Assembly (NCBI GenBank): GCA_965287045.1
Contig: OZ336871.1
Span: forward strand, 96,720,001 to 96,784,000
Direction of reading: 5' to 3'
DNA length: 64,000 nucleotides
Source of the DNA: Carcharhinus amblyrhynchos
Taxonomy: Eukaryota
Both the position numbers and the translations under genes were made by a program. Below, piece after piece: positions 11,691 through 23,542 of the stretch. Below the pieces are notes generated by a model. That model was given only the letters and a program-made list of their open reading frames with translations. It did not search any database and was not told the DNA's origin. Numbering within the stretch: the first letter of the stretch is position 1; each line of letters starts with the position of its first letter.

Positions 11691-13189
11691 CATGTGTCTG
11701 CTTGTCTTGCTGTTTGTCTACCCAGAAGGAAAGAACAGTTTGGAGCAGATGAAGCCTGAACAGGCATCAGCTAGTCTGAATTGGTGCCTTAGTGATCTCA
11801 ACTGAATTTTAGTAGGAATAGCTGATAAACTGGTAGTTATACAGGTACAAATCCAATAGGGGCTTCCGTTTTGCAAGTGGGCACCAGTACAGTCACCAGT
11901 ACTTATCAGCTGACTTCCACCACTGCCTATTGTCCTGCCCATTTTACTGAAGTGAAAACAGAACAGAATGCCTCCCTTTACTTATCTGAATGTAATGATC
12001 CCAATCACTTCTCTCCAAATGCTTCTGACGCCATTTCTTTCATTTTCACGTGATCTCTCTGCTGCAGGAATTTTGTTCCTCCTTTCTCTCCTCTCTTATG
12101 AATGTCTCCTTCCCACTCTCTTTTCTGTAGGCTTTTGGCTCTCTTCATTTACCACTTTCTATTTTTTTCTGAATTACAGACAGTCGTTTTTAAATTCCTT
12201 GGCTATTTGCTGAGGTTAGTGACTCACAGCAGAGCAATGACTATCACCGCTTAGCACCTTCATGAGAAGTAAACATGTCTCTTGATCCATATTAAAAAAA
12301 AGTGCAACTGAAATTACAACATTAGCATAATTCAGCATTTCTGTGCCAATGCAAACTGTGCCAATGCAGTAGTCAGTGAGTCCTCCTAAATATCCCACCC
12401 AGCTCATTGGAATAAATTTGTACAGTTGCATTTTGCATAGTTGCATATGACACACGCTTATTTCATTCTTTATCAATCTGTGAATTGGATTTCAGATGTA
12501 AGAAATCTAAAGGCTCAGGGTTGGGAAGGAAGAAATGTTATGGAAAAGGAAATGGCATGTGATGCATCAAACAAACTCTGTGGCAAAGTGCTACAACACA
12601 TCGTTTCCTATTTCAAGGATGATTAAATTAGAAGGCTTATGAGGTGAGTGCAAGGAGGGTTTCCCAATGTGACTCTTCAGGGATTCCTGTATGGAACAAT
12701 AGAACAATTTTCCTTCTATCAAATGGTAAAAGCTCCATTACATGTCCACGACCTGAACAGATATGGAAGAACATGGTGCGAACTTAATGTGATCTGGCAG
12801 TGAACAAATACCCTCTACCTCATGGAGGGCTTTAAGACTGCTTTCCACAAAGTACTGCCTGTTCCACATGCACTCGTGTCAAGCCCTCTCAGTCTTGAAG
12901 TTCAGTCTTTGCCTTTCATGTTAACCCTTCAAGATGCATTAGACAATTGAAAAACTCCCTGTTCAAAGTTGCAGCACCTCAAGCTGCTTATAATAACCAA
13001 GCTTCATGGGGAACAAACATTCACTGATGTTCAAATTGACTTGCATTTGGCTGTCAGACTATTTGTGCTCCTTCAACATTAACGCTGCCAAGATTACTTT
13101 TCTACTGGATAATTAGATGCCATCTTGAGAGCTCAGGTAATATTTAATTAAATATTTAATATTTGTTCAGGTAATATTTTGTGGCTGTC

Positions 13190-14002
13190 ACAAAAGGGAT
13201 ATAGATAGTCTAAGTGAGTGAACGAGGATCTGGCAGATGGAGTACAATGTTGGTAAATGTGAGGTCTTCCATTTTACCATTATTTAAATGGTAAAAAATT
13301 GCAGCATGCTGCTGCGCAGGAATCTCAAGGAGTTGGTTTGCAGGTGCAGCAGGTAATTAAGAAGGCAAATGGAATTTTGTCCTTTATGGCTAGAGGGATG
13401 GAGTTTAAAAACAGCGAGGTTATGTTGCAGCTGTATAAGGTGCTGGTGAGGCCACACCTGGAGAACTGTGTACAGTTTTGGTTTCCTTACTTGAGAAAGG
13501 ATATACTGGCACTGGAGGGGGTGCAGAGGAGATTCACTATGTTGATTCCGGAGTTGAGAGGGTTGGCTTATGAGGAGAGATTGAGTAGACAGGGGTTATA
13601 CTCATTGGAATTCAGAAGAATGAGGGGAGATCGTATAGAAACATATAAGATTATGTAGGGAATAGACAAGATAAGCAGGAAAGTTGTTCTCACTGGCAGG
13701 CGAAACAAGAACTAGGGGCATGGCCGCAAAATAAGAGGGAACAGATTTAGGACTGAGTTGAGGAAAAACTTCTTCACACAAAGGGTTGTGAATCTGTGGG
13801 TTTCCCTGCCCAGTGAAACAGTTGAGGCTACCTCATTAAATGTTTTTAAGGCAAGGATAGACAAATTTTTGAACATTAAAGGAATTAAGGATTATGGTGA
13901 GTGGGCAGGTAAGTGGAGCTGAGTCCATGAAAAGACAAGCCATGGTGGAGCAGGCTCAAGGGACCAGAGGGCCTACTCCTGCTCCTAGTTCTTAGGTTCT
14001 TA
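13190..14002 (+). mobile_element. CR1 (HER1-like) LINE 3' fragment
   Basis: ORF 13299-13658 MLQLYKVLVRPHLENCVQFW...VQRRFT; tail ggcctactcctgctcctagttcttaggttctta. Confidence 0.92.
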
Positions 14003-14428
14003 TATATTGTTTTAAAAAATAGCCACATCAGGAATAAGGAAAAGTCACGAATAGTGTAGTGCAGTGATATAAGTAATCCAAAATAAAGTAAAGTTTATAA
14101 GAAGGAAGTAGTCATGGTTTGGTTGGGTGGAATGCATATCCTGCAATATGTGAGAAATCATGGACGCTACCAGTCTACAAAATGACCTCAGCTCGAGAAG
14201 AAGTGGGAGTCACTGTGCTGCATCCACAAGCTGAGAGCTACATAGATAGCACATTCAGAGAGATGGTCATTCAGCTTAGGAAACTGGAGATTGGGGATTG
14301 GTTGCTGCCAGCTAGTCTAAGGGAACTAGGCAAGTAGTGCAGGAATCCCCTGAGGTCCTGCTCACAAATTGGTTTTCCATTTTGGAAGCTGGTGAGCGCT
14401 TTGGTTCCTCAGAGGAACGGCTTCGCTG

Positions 14429-14683
14429 TTTGTTTATTTATTTATGAGTCACAAGTAACACTGCAATGAAGTTATTGTGGAATTTCCCTAGTCACCACAC
14501 TTTGATGCCTTTCAGGTCAATGCACCTAACCATCACGTTTTTCAGACAGGAGGAGGAAACTGGAGAACCTGGAGGAAACTCACACGGACACAGGGAGGAT
14601 GTGCAAAATCCACTCAGACAGTTCTTCAAGCCAGGAATCGAACCTGGGTGCCTGGCGCTAACCACTGTGCCACCATGCCGCCC
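14429..14683 (-). mobile_element. V-SINE, alternative tail, inserted in CR1 ORF1
   Basis: Minus strand gggcggcatggtggcacagtggttagcgcc...ggttcgattcc...tgtgactcataaataaataaac. Confidence 0.85.
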
Positions 14684-14855
14684 TTGTGCAGCAGGGGAGG
14701 AAGCAGAAAGGAAGAGCAATAGTGATAGGGGATTCATCAGTTAGCCAAACAGACAGGTGTTTCTGTGGCCGTAGACACTGTCTCCCTGGTGCCAGGGTCA
14801 AGGGTGTCACCACCTGACTTTTTTATTCAATCATGAGGCATGGGTATTGCTAACT

Positions 14856-15350
14856 ACAATACGAAGTCTCACAACACCAGGTTAAAGCCCAACAGGTTTA
14901 TTTGGCAGCACTAGCTTTCAGAGCCTCAAGCTCTTGCATCAGGTGAGTGAGGACTTGTGTTCACAAACAGGGCATATAAAGACACAAACTCAATTTACAA
15001 AATAATGGCTGGAATGCGAGTCTTTACAGCTAATCAAGTCTTAAAGGTATAGACTATGTGAGTGGAGAGAGGGCCAAGCACAAGTTAAAGAGGTGCGTAT
15101 TGTTTCCAGCCAGGACAGTTAGTCTGTACCTTTAAGACTCGATTATCGATAAAGACTCGCATTCCAACCATTATCTTGTAAATTGAGTTTGTGTCTTTAT
15201 ATGCCCTGTTTGTGAACACAAGTCTTCACTCATCTGATGAAGGAGTTTGAGGCTCTGAAAGCTAGTGCTGCCAAATATACCTGTTGGGCTTTAACCTGGT
15301 GTGAGAGTTCTTACTATGCTTACCCCAGTCCAACACCGGCATCTCCACAT
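14856..15350. mobile_element. Penelope-like element terminus as a long inverted repeat with hammerhead motifs
   Basis: 14863-15057 is the reverse complement of ~15120-15313; ctgatga-a-ggagt/gctct-gaaagcta at 15234-15264; exact 11-bp TSD tattgctaact at 14845-14855 and 15351-15361. Confidence 0.85.
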
Positions 15351-15521
15351 TATTGCTAACTGGCCAGCATTTGTTGCCCATCCCTAGTGGCCCTTGAGAA
15401 GGTGATGGTGAGCTGCCTTCCTGAAAAATTGCAGTCCACATGCTGTAAGTTGACCCACAATGGCACAATGGTTAGCATCGTTGCCTCACAATGCCAGGGG
15501 CTTGGGCTCAATTCTCAGCTT

Positions 15522-17133
15522 CATAAGAACATAAGAAATAGGAGCAGGAGTAGGCCATCTAGCCCTTCGAGCCTGCCCCGCCATTCAATAAGATCATGGC
15601 TGATCTGTCACTGCTCAGTTCCACTTTCCCGCCCTCTCCCCATAACCCTTAATCCCCTCTCTTATCAAAAACCCATCAACCCGCGTCTTAAAAATATTTA
15701 GCGAGGCAGCCTCCACCACTTCAACGGGCAGAGAATTCCAGAGATTCACCACCCTTTGAGTGAAGAAGTTCCTCCTCAACTCCGTTCTAAACCGCCCCCC
15801 TTTTATCTTGAGGCTGTGCCCCCTAGTCCTACTGTCTTTTTTGAGCGGGAAGAGTCTTTCCACCTCTATCCTATCCATCCCATTCATCATCTTATACGTC
15901 TCAATGAGATCTCCCCTCATTCTTCTAAACGCTAACGAGTACAAGCCCAGTTTATTCAGCCTCTCCTCATAGCTCAACCCCCTCAACTCCAGTATCAGCC
16001 TAGTAAACCTCCTCTGCACTCCCTCCAAGGCCAAAATATCCTTGCGCAGGTGCGGCGCCCAAAACTGCACACAGTACTCCAGCTGCGGCCTCACCAATGC
16101 CCTATACAGCTGCAGCAAGACCTCCCTACTTTTATATTCAATCCCCCTCGCTATGAAGGCCAGCATCCCATTCGCCTTCCTGACCACCTGCTGCACCTGC
16201 AAGCTGGGTTTTTGCGACTCATGCACAAGGACCCCGAGGTCCCTCTGCACCGTCGCCTGCTGCAGTTTTTCGCCACGTAAGTAATAGTCCTTCCTACCAT
16301 TCTTCCTACCAAAGTGGACCACCTCACACTTGCCAACATTAAATTCCATTTGCCATTTCCTGGCCCATTCGCCCAGCCTATCTAGATCCTTCTGCAGACT
16401 CTCCACACCCTCCGCACAATTTGCCGTTCCCCCAATCTTGGTGTCATCAGCAAATTTCGACACCCTGCACTCGGTTCCCTCCTCCAGATCATCTATATAA
16501 ATGGTAAATAGCTGAGGCCCCAGCACCGACCCCTGGGGCACTCCACTAGTCACCATCCGCCAATCCGAATAGCACCCGTTGACCCCCACTCTCTGCCTCC
16601 TATTTGACAACCAATCCTCTATCCACGCTAACACCCTACCCCCAACTCCATGTCCCTCGACCTTCTGCAATAACCTCTTGTGAGGTACTTTGTCAAACGC
16701 CTTCTGAAAATCTAGAAAGACCACATCCACCGGCTCTCCTCTATCCACCGCCCTAGACACATCCTCGTAGAACTCCAGTAAATTTGTCAGACACGACTTC
16801 CCTTTAACAAAACCGTGCTGCGTCTGCTCTATCAAGCAATTCCCTTCAAGATGCCTCGCAATTTCCTCCTTAATGACAGATTCTAACATTTTACCTACCA
16901 CAGATGTTAAACTAACCGGCCTATAATTCCCCGCCTTTTGCCTGGCACCCTTCTTAAATAACGGCGTAACATTAGCCATTTTCCAATCATCCAGCACTTC
17001 CCCGGAATCCAGCGACGTCTGGAAAATAACCACCAAGGCATCCACTATCACCTCCGCCATTTCTTTCAGAACCCTCGGATGCATTCCATCCGATCCTGGG
17101 GACTTGTCCACAATCAGCCCCCTCCAGTCTGTC
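15522..17133 (-). mobile_element. Young 5'-truncated CR1 LINE
   Basis: Uninterrupted RT frame, many CpGs retained, intact 3' UTR and ttcttatg terminal repeats. Confidence 0.95.
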
Positions 17134-17237
17134 GCAGTCACTGTGTGGAGTTTGCACGTTCTCCTGTGTCTGCTTGGGTTTCCTCCAGGTGCTCTGGTTT
17201 CCTCCCACAGTCTGAAAGATGTGCTGGTTAGGTGCAT
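15615..17237 (-). CDS. CR1 ORF2 reverse transcriptase region (no endonuclease); first ~34 codons are antisense SINE
   Basis: 540-aa ORF with KSPGSDG, NYRPVSLTS, QHGF, LDFQKAFDKV, GVPQGSVLGP, FADD and RDLGV motifs. Expression not shown. Confidence 0.85.
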   Translation of the reverse strand: MHLTSTSFRLWEETRAPGGNPSRHRRTCKLHTVTATDWRGLIVDKSPGSDGMHPRVLKEMAEVIVDALVVIFQTSLDSGEVLDDWKMANVTPLFKKGARQKAGNYRPVSLTSVVGKMLESVIKEEIARHLEGNCLIEQTQHGFVKGKSCLTNLLEFYEDVSRAVDRGEPVDVVFLDFQKAFDKVPHKRLLQKVEGHGVGGRVLAWIEDWLSNRRQRVGVNGCYSDWRMVTSGVPQGSVLGPQLFTIYIDDLEEGTECRVSKFADDTKIGGTANCAEGVESLQKDLDRLGEWARKWQMEFNVGKCEVVHFGRKNGRKDYYLRGEKLQQATVQRDLGVLVHESQKPSLQVQQVVRKANGMLAFIARGIEYKSREVLLQLYRALVRPQLEYCVQFWAPHLRKDILALEGVQRRFTRLILELRGLSYEERLNKLGLYSLAFRRMRGDLIETYKMMNGMDRIEVERLFPLKKDSRTRGHSLKIKGGRFRTELRRNFFTQRVVNLWNSLPVEVVEAASLNIFKTRVDGFLIREGIKGYGERAGKWN

Positions 17238-18928
17238 TGGCCATGCTAAATCTCCCTCAATGTACCCGAACAGGCACTGCAGTGTGACAACTAGGGGATT
17301 TTCACAGTAACTTCATTGCAATGTTAATGTAAACCTACTTGTGACACTAATAAATAAACTTTAAACTATGCCATTAGCGGGGGAATTCCAGGATTTTGAC
17401 CCAGCATCTGCAAAGGAACACTGATACATTTCCAAGTCAAGACAGTGAGTGGCTTGGAGGGGAACTTGCAGGTGGTGGTGCTCCCACGTATGCTGCTCGT
17501 GTCCTTCTAAATGCAAGTGGTTTCGGGTTTTGAAAGTGCTGTCTAAGGATCTTTGGTTAACTGCATCTCGTAGATAGTACACACTGCTGCTACTGAGCAT
17601 TAGTGGTGAAGGGGTTGGATGTTTGTGGATGTGGTGCCAATCAAGTGGACTGCTTTGTCCTGGATGGTGACTGCAGCACATTTTTCTGGGGGAAGGTAAG
17701 CAGCCAGAGTTCATGGTCCATATTAGTACCAATTACTTAGGCAGGAAGGGGAATGGGATCCTGCAATCAGAATTTAGGGAGTTGAGTAGAAAGTTAGCAA
17801 ACGGGACTGTAGCAATCTTCAGGTTTCTCCCAGTGCCCTGTGCAAGTGAGAACAGAAATTTCACAGATGAACGTGAGGACATTTTGCTAATGCTGCATAA
17901 AATCCCAGGAGAGACAGATGGCACTGGCATAGAGAATAGTAAATTAAAGGTGGAGTCAGACTAAAGGGAAAATGTGATGAATTCTAAATCAGGTTTATTG
18001 TACATGTATGTGAAAGCATGGAGAATAGTGAATAAGATTGGGGAGACACAGGCACAGATTGCCATGTGGAAATATGATGTTGTGGCGATAACAGCGACCT
18101 GAATCAAAGGAGGGCAGGACTGGGTGTTAAGTCTTCTTGTGTAAAAAGTGTTCAAAAATATAGGAAAGGAAGGAAACAAGGAGGGTGGCAGTACTGGTTA
18201 AGGAAAGCATTGCTGTGCCAGAGAAAGAGGATGTTCCAAAGGATTCAAGGACAAATTCAATTTAGTTCAAACTAAGGAACAATAAGGATGCAATTACATT
18301 GTTCAGTGTAGTCCATAAACAGCCAACTAGTGAGAAAGATGTAGAGGAGCAAATGTGCAGGAAAATTAGAGTGATGTAAACATTATAACTAAGTTTTAAT
18401 GGGGGACTTTGAGTACCCAAATACAGTCTGGGGCAGTGGTTGTGTAAGTGGTGGAGGGGGATAAATGTTCCTAGATTGTATTCAGGAAAATTTTCTACAC
18501 CAGTAAGGGTCTCGTCCAACAAGAAATGATGCACTGTTAGACCTGGTTCTTGGAAATGAGGTGGACCAAGTTGATCAAGTGTAAGTGGGGAAACGTTTAA
18601 GACACAAGTGATCATTGCATTTTAAGATTTAAGATAATGATATAAAGGACAATAAGTAATCCAGAGGAGAAGTAATTAACTGGAGGAGAGCTGACTTCAA
18701 TACGACAGGAATGGAGCTGGGCCGGTTAGACTGGAACAAAAGGCAGGTGGGAGAAACTGTAGCTGAACAATGGGCTACCTGCAAAAATGAAATGTTCAGG
18801 CACAGTCCAGATATATTCCCTCAAAAGGTAAAGGTAGGGCAAACAATCCAGAGCTCCCTGGATGAAAAGGGAGACAGAAATTCAGATAAGGAAGAAAACA
18901 TGCTTATGACAAGTGTCTGATAGAAAGT

Positions 18929-19142
18929 GTGATGTGGAGATGCTGGCATTGGACTGGAGTGGCACAGTAAAAGTCTCATGACACCTGGTTAAAGGCTAAC
19001 GGGTTTAGAATCACGAGCTTTCAGAGTGCTGCTGATTCATCAGGTGAGCAGCCCCACTCACCTAATGAAGGGGCATTGCTCCAAAAGCTTGTGGTACCAA
19101 ATAAAACTGTTGGACTTTAACCTGGTGTTGTGAGACTTCTTA
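18929..19142. mobile_element. Second copy of the short palindromic Penelope-derived element
   Basis: Same layout as 7491-7711; TSD ctgatagaaagt at 18917-18928 and 19143-19154; inserted in the old CR1. Confidence 0.82.
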
Positions 19143-21227
19143 CTGATAGAAAGTATAATTGAGAACCAGGAAGAATACAGAGGGAAAGTGAAAAAGCACA
19201 TTAGAGTAGTGATGAGGAATTATGAGAAAAGTCTGGCAGCCAAAATACAGGAAAATCCCAAAATCTTCTATGGACATATACAAGTAAAGGATGGTAAAAG
19301 GAGTAGGGCCGATGAGAGATCTAAAAGGGAATTTATACATAAAGACTAGGGGGATGGCTGACGTATTAAAGGAATATTTTGCATCCATGTTTACCAAGGA
19401 GGTAGCTGCTACTCAGGACATGGTGACAGAAGAGAAAACTCTGTCCTAAGAAGAGCTGATAAATAATAAGGAGGAAGTGTTGGATAACCTGTCAGTACTG
19501 AAAGTTGAAAAGGAACCAGGACCAGATGAGATGCATCCAAGACATTGAATGAAATGAGAGTGGAAATTGCAGGACACCAGTCATAATATACCAGTCTTCC
19601 CTAGACTCAGGGGAGGTGCCAGAGGACTGGAGAACTGTAAATGTTACGCCCCTGTTCAGAAAATGTTGTGAGGGTAGATCCAGCAATTACAGGTCAGTCA
19701 GTTTAACATCAGTGGTGGGAAAGCTTTCGGAAATAATTATTCAGGATAGAATTAGTAATTACATGGACGAACATGGGTTAATTAGGAAGAGCTAGCATGG
19801 ATTTCTAAAGAGGGAATTGTGTTTAACTAACTTGTTGGACTTTTTGAGGAGTAACTCAAAGGGTTGATGAGGGTAACTTGTTAATGTGGTGTACATGGAC
19901 TTTCAAAAGGCATTCGATATAGTTCCACACAACAGACTTGTGAGAAACATTATAGCTCATGGAATAAAAGTGACAGTTGCAAAATAGATACAATATTAGC
20001 TAAGTAATAGGAAACAGCGTAATGGTTAATGGATATTTTTTGGGCTGGAGGAACGTTTATAGTGGAGTTCCCCAGGGGTCATGTTGGGACCTTTTCTGAT
20101 ACACATTAATGATCTTGATGGGTAATGAACTATTTCAAAGTTGCAAATGACACTAACCTTGGAAGCTATTATTCTATGAGGAGGACAGTGCAGTACTTCA
20201 AAAGGCCATGGACAAGTTAGCAGAGTGGGCAAATAGGTGGCAGACAAAGTTCAATGCAAGGTAATGCATTTTTTGGGAGAACATGGGGAGACAATGTAAA
20301 ACGAGGGGTACAATTCTTAACAGGATGCAGCAGAAGAGTGACCTGCGTGAAATGTGCGTAGATCATTAAAAGGGGACAGATGGAGAGAGCAATTAATAAA
20401 GAATACAGTATCCTGGGCTTTATTAATAGGGCCATAGAGTACAAGAGCAAGGAAGCTAAGATGATCTTATGCAAGACACTACTTAGACCACAGCTGGAGT
20501 ATCGTATACAGTTCTGGGCACCATACTATAGAAAGGACGTGAACTTATTGGAGAAAGTACAGAGGAGGTTTACAAGATTGGTTCCAGGGATGAGAAATTT
20601 CAGTTATAAGGATAGATTGAAGAGGTTGAACTATTCTCCTTGGAGAGAAGGAGACTTTGAAGGAGATTTCCTATAAAGCAGACCCACTCAGAGCGTGGGT
20701 GGAGGCATCATGCACAATCTCCACCTACTTTGCATCATGCGCTACTTCCCGTGACAGAATGTAGACAGCAGATGTACTGCTTCAAACTGGCAACGGCTTC
20801 ATTTAAATATTATTTTGGGGTGAGGACTTGCTGATTATCATCTTCTGATATTGTAGCATGTAGGTCATCAGTTAAAGTCATACCCATGAGAAAAGGGCAT
20901 CCAGTGGCGCAATAAATTCATTAGAAACAGTTAAATAAAAGTGTACACCAAGTAAACTCATTTAGAAGCTAGAAAGTAATTACTCAAATGAAATTTTTCT
21001 TCATTTCTTTGTTTTTTTTCTGCTGGCATTGAAGCTCACATTAGATTTTCCGCACACGCACTTCCATGGGATTTTAAGTTTCATAAGTCATTGTATTAAG
21101 GAGGAAGCGAAAAGGGCAACAAGGGAGCTCTGATTGGTCATATCAGATGCCACTCATCTTATCTGTAGGCTCTGGCGCACATAGTTGGCAACAAGCAGAA
21201 GAAATTGGCATCAAAGGATCTGGGTCA

Positions 21228-21460
21228 TCAGAACTGCAGATGTTGTGGCACCTTCTTTAGGGGCACTTGTAGCAACATGAAACACAGCATTTCCGATGAT
21301 AAGTGATGGTCAGCTGCTGACTTCCTTTCCCAGCAGGCACCCTGCAGTTCAGGGCTACGGGGATGGTCCCAGGGAGTGGCAAAGATAGCATTCCTTCTCA
21401 CAACCACTACATGCAGCACCTCCTCAACCTCTGCAGCCTTCTAATCACTTCGCTGCAGGT
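21228..21460 (-). pseudogene. Possible decayed Harbinger Myb/SANT-like ORF remnant
   Basis: EVEEVLHVVVVRRNAIF...CWE...SAA loosely resembles the LEVLLEAVEARRDVLF...WEEVAAA pattern; recalled similarity only. Confidence 0.35.
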
Positions 21461-21865
21461 CATTGGCTGTGCTTTGAGTTGCTCTACCTTCATTCTGGTT
21501 TGTCACTGTGTTGCCCTATTGTCACTCGCGCCTTCCAGCGCACATCTATATCTGGCACATAATTACATCAAGCAAACCCCAGAAAAACATAATTCTAGTC
21601 AAGTCAGCGTAACACCTGTATCAACCACTAACTGTAAACTGCACCCATATAGAAAAATCTAAGTAGGACAATCGACCAAAATAGTGAACATGTGGGAATG
21701 GATAGATATTTTGGGATTTTACCTGACTACATTTGGTATGCAGAAATATTACTCAGCATTTTAAATAGGTGGAGTAGAGATCATTCATGATTCACAGAAG
21801 GATTGCACTTGATAAGCTGAATGGCTTAGTCTCATTCCCAGATTTTTAACCATCTAAATTACTGT

Positions 21866-22140
21866 GGGTGGCACATTGGTTAGCACTGCTGCTTCACAGC
21901 ACCAGGGACCCAGTCAATTCCAGGCTTGAGCCACTGTCTGTGCGGAGCCTGCACATTCTTCCTGCAGCTGTGTGGGTTTCCTCTGCATGCTCTGGTTTCC
22001 TCCCACAGTCCGAAAAGCGTGCTGGTTAGGTGCACTGGCCACACTAAAGTGTCCCTCAGTGTACCCAAACAGGTGCTGGAGTGTGGCAACTGGGGGATTT
22101 TCACAGTAACTTCATTGCAATGTTAACATAAGCCTATGTC
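21866..22140 (+). mobile_element. V-SINE, alternative tail
   Basis: gtggcacattggttagcactgctgcttcacagcaccagggaccc...gattttcacagtaacttcattgc. Confidence 0.88.
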
Positions 22141-22396
22141 ATTACTTCAACCAGTGCATCCAGTCAGCCAACCAAACTTGATGAGGTAACAAAATCTTTA
22201 AGCGAATGGTACATGACGCCTGATGGATGCATTCACATGTTTGGTGTTGGTGCAGCAAGTTTTTTTGTGCATAACACTGACAGGAAAATGCTCAGGAAAA
22301 AGTACTGGTATTGAGTCTAGCCAAGAAAAATGATCTTGTACTCCTGCCACAATGCATCAGCAACATTATACCGGTGGCCATGGTCATTTTTTAATA

Positions 22397-23542
22397 CAGT
22401 CATAGAGGTTCACAGCATGGAAACAGCCAATTTGTCCATGCTGCCCTTTTTTTTTTAACCATGAAGCTAATCCCAATTGCCCATATTTGGCCCATAACTC
22501 TCTATACCCATCTTACCCATGTAACTGTCTAAATGCTTTTTAAAAGACAAAATTGTATACGTCTCTACTATTACATCTGGGAGCTCCTTCCAGACACTCA
22601 ACACCCTCTGTGTGAAAAAATTGCCCCTCTGGACCCTTTTGCATCTCTCCCCTCTCACCTTAAATCTGTGCCATCTAGTTTTAGACTCCCCTACTTTTAG
22701 GAATGGGTGTTGACTATCTAACTTCGATGTTGAATATCTATGTCCCTCACTATTTTATAAACCTCATTAAGATCACCCCTAAGCCTCCTACGCTCCAGGG
22801 AAAAAAGTCCCAGTCCATCCAGCCTCTCCCTATAACTCAAGTCATCAAGTCCCAGTAGTATCCTAGCAAATCTTTTCTGCACTCTTTCTAGTCTAATAAT
22901 ATCCTTTCTATAACAGGGTGATCAGAACTGTACACAATATTCCAAGTGTGGCCTTACTAATGTCTTGTACAACTTCAACAAGACGTCCCAACTCCTGTAT
23001 TCAATACTCTGACCAATAAAACCAGGCATACAGAATGCCTTCTTCACCACTCTGTCTATCTGAGACTCCACTTTCAAGGAACAATAACCTTGTATTTCAA
23101 GATCTCTTTATTCTATAACTTTCCCCAACACCCTACCATTACTGAGTAATCTACCAAAATGCATCACCTCGCATTTACCTAAATTAAACTCCATCAGTCA
23201 TTCGTCAGCCCACTGGCCCAATTGATCAAGATCCCACTGCAATACTCAACCTTCTTCATTGTCCACTATGTCACCAATCTTGGTGTCATCTGCAAACTTA
23301 CTAACCATGCCCCCAATATTCTCATCCAAATCATTAATATAAATGACAAATAACAGTGGACACAGCACTGATCCCTGAGGCACACCATTGGTCACAGGCC
23401 TCCAGTTTGAAAAACAACCCATTACAATCACCCTCTGGCTTCTGTCGTCGAGCGAATTTTGTATCCAATTGGCTACCTCATCCTGTGAGATTTAACCTTA
23501 TGCAACAACCTACCATGCAGTACCTTGTCAAAGGCCTTGCCA
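22397..23542 (-). mobile_element. CR1 LINE 3' fragment, decayed
   Basis: GVPQGSVLCPLLFVIYINDL...KFADDTK (23246-23431) and FFTQRV..WKELP (22467-22658). Confidence 0.92.

Larger units (their letters stand above)
15461..17367 (+). mobile_element. V-SINE (alternative tail) split by a young CR1: 15461-15521 and 17137-17367
   Basis: Head tggcacaatggttagc...ctcagctt stops at the CR1 tail and resumes gtcactgtgtggagtttgcacg. Confidence 0.88.
14818..17669 (-). mobile_element. 3' fragment of a second CR1-superfamily LINE lineage (pieces 14818-14855, 15351-15460, 17368-17669)
   Basis: Pieces join into the reverse complement of ~41300-41694 (tail ctagggatgggcaacaaatgctggcc). Confidence 0.8.
14111..20672 (+). 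mobile_element. Old near-full-length CR1 LINE (ORF1 esterase-like, endonuclease and RT remnants), interrupted by nested insertions
   Basis: ORF1-like AIVIGDS..., CLPGARVK (14715-14810) resumes as GEGKQPEFMVHISTN at ~17690. Endonuclease-like YDVVAITAT lies at ~18073, and RT C-terminus RPQLEYRIQFWAPYYRKD at 20380-20676. Many stops and frameshifts. Confidence 0.85.

Noticed and set aside
12180-12643. Two plus-strand exon-like segments with ag/gt boundaries
   Set aside because: No recognisable protein, and the second segment has stops before its donor.
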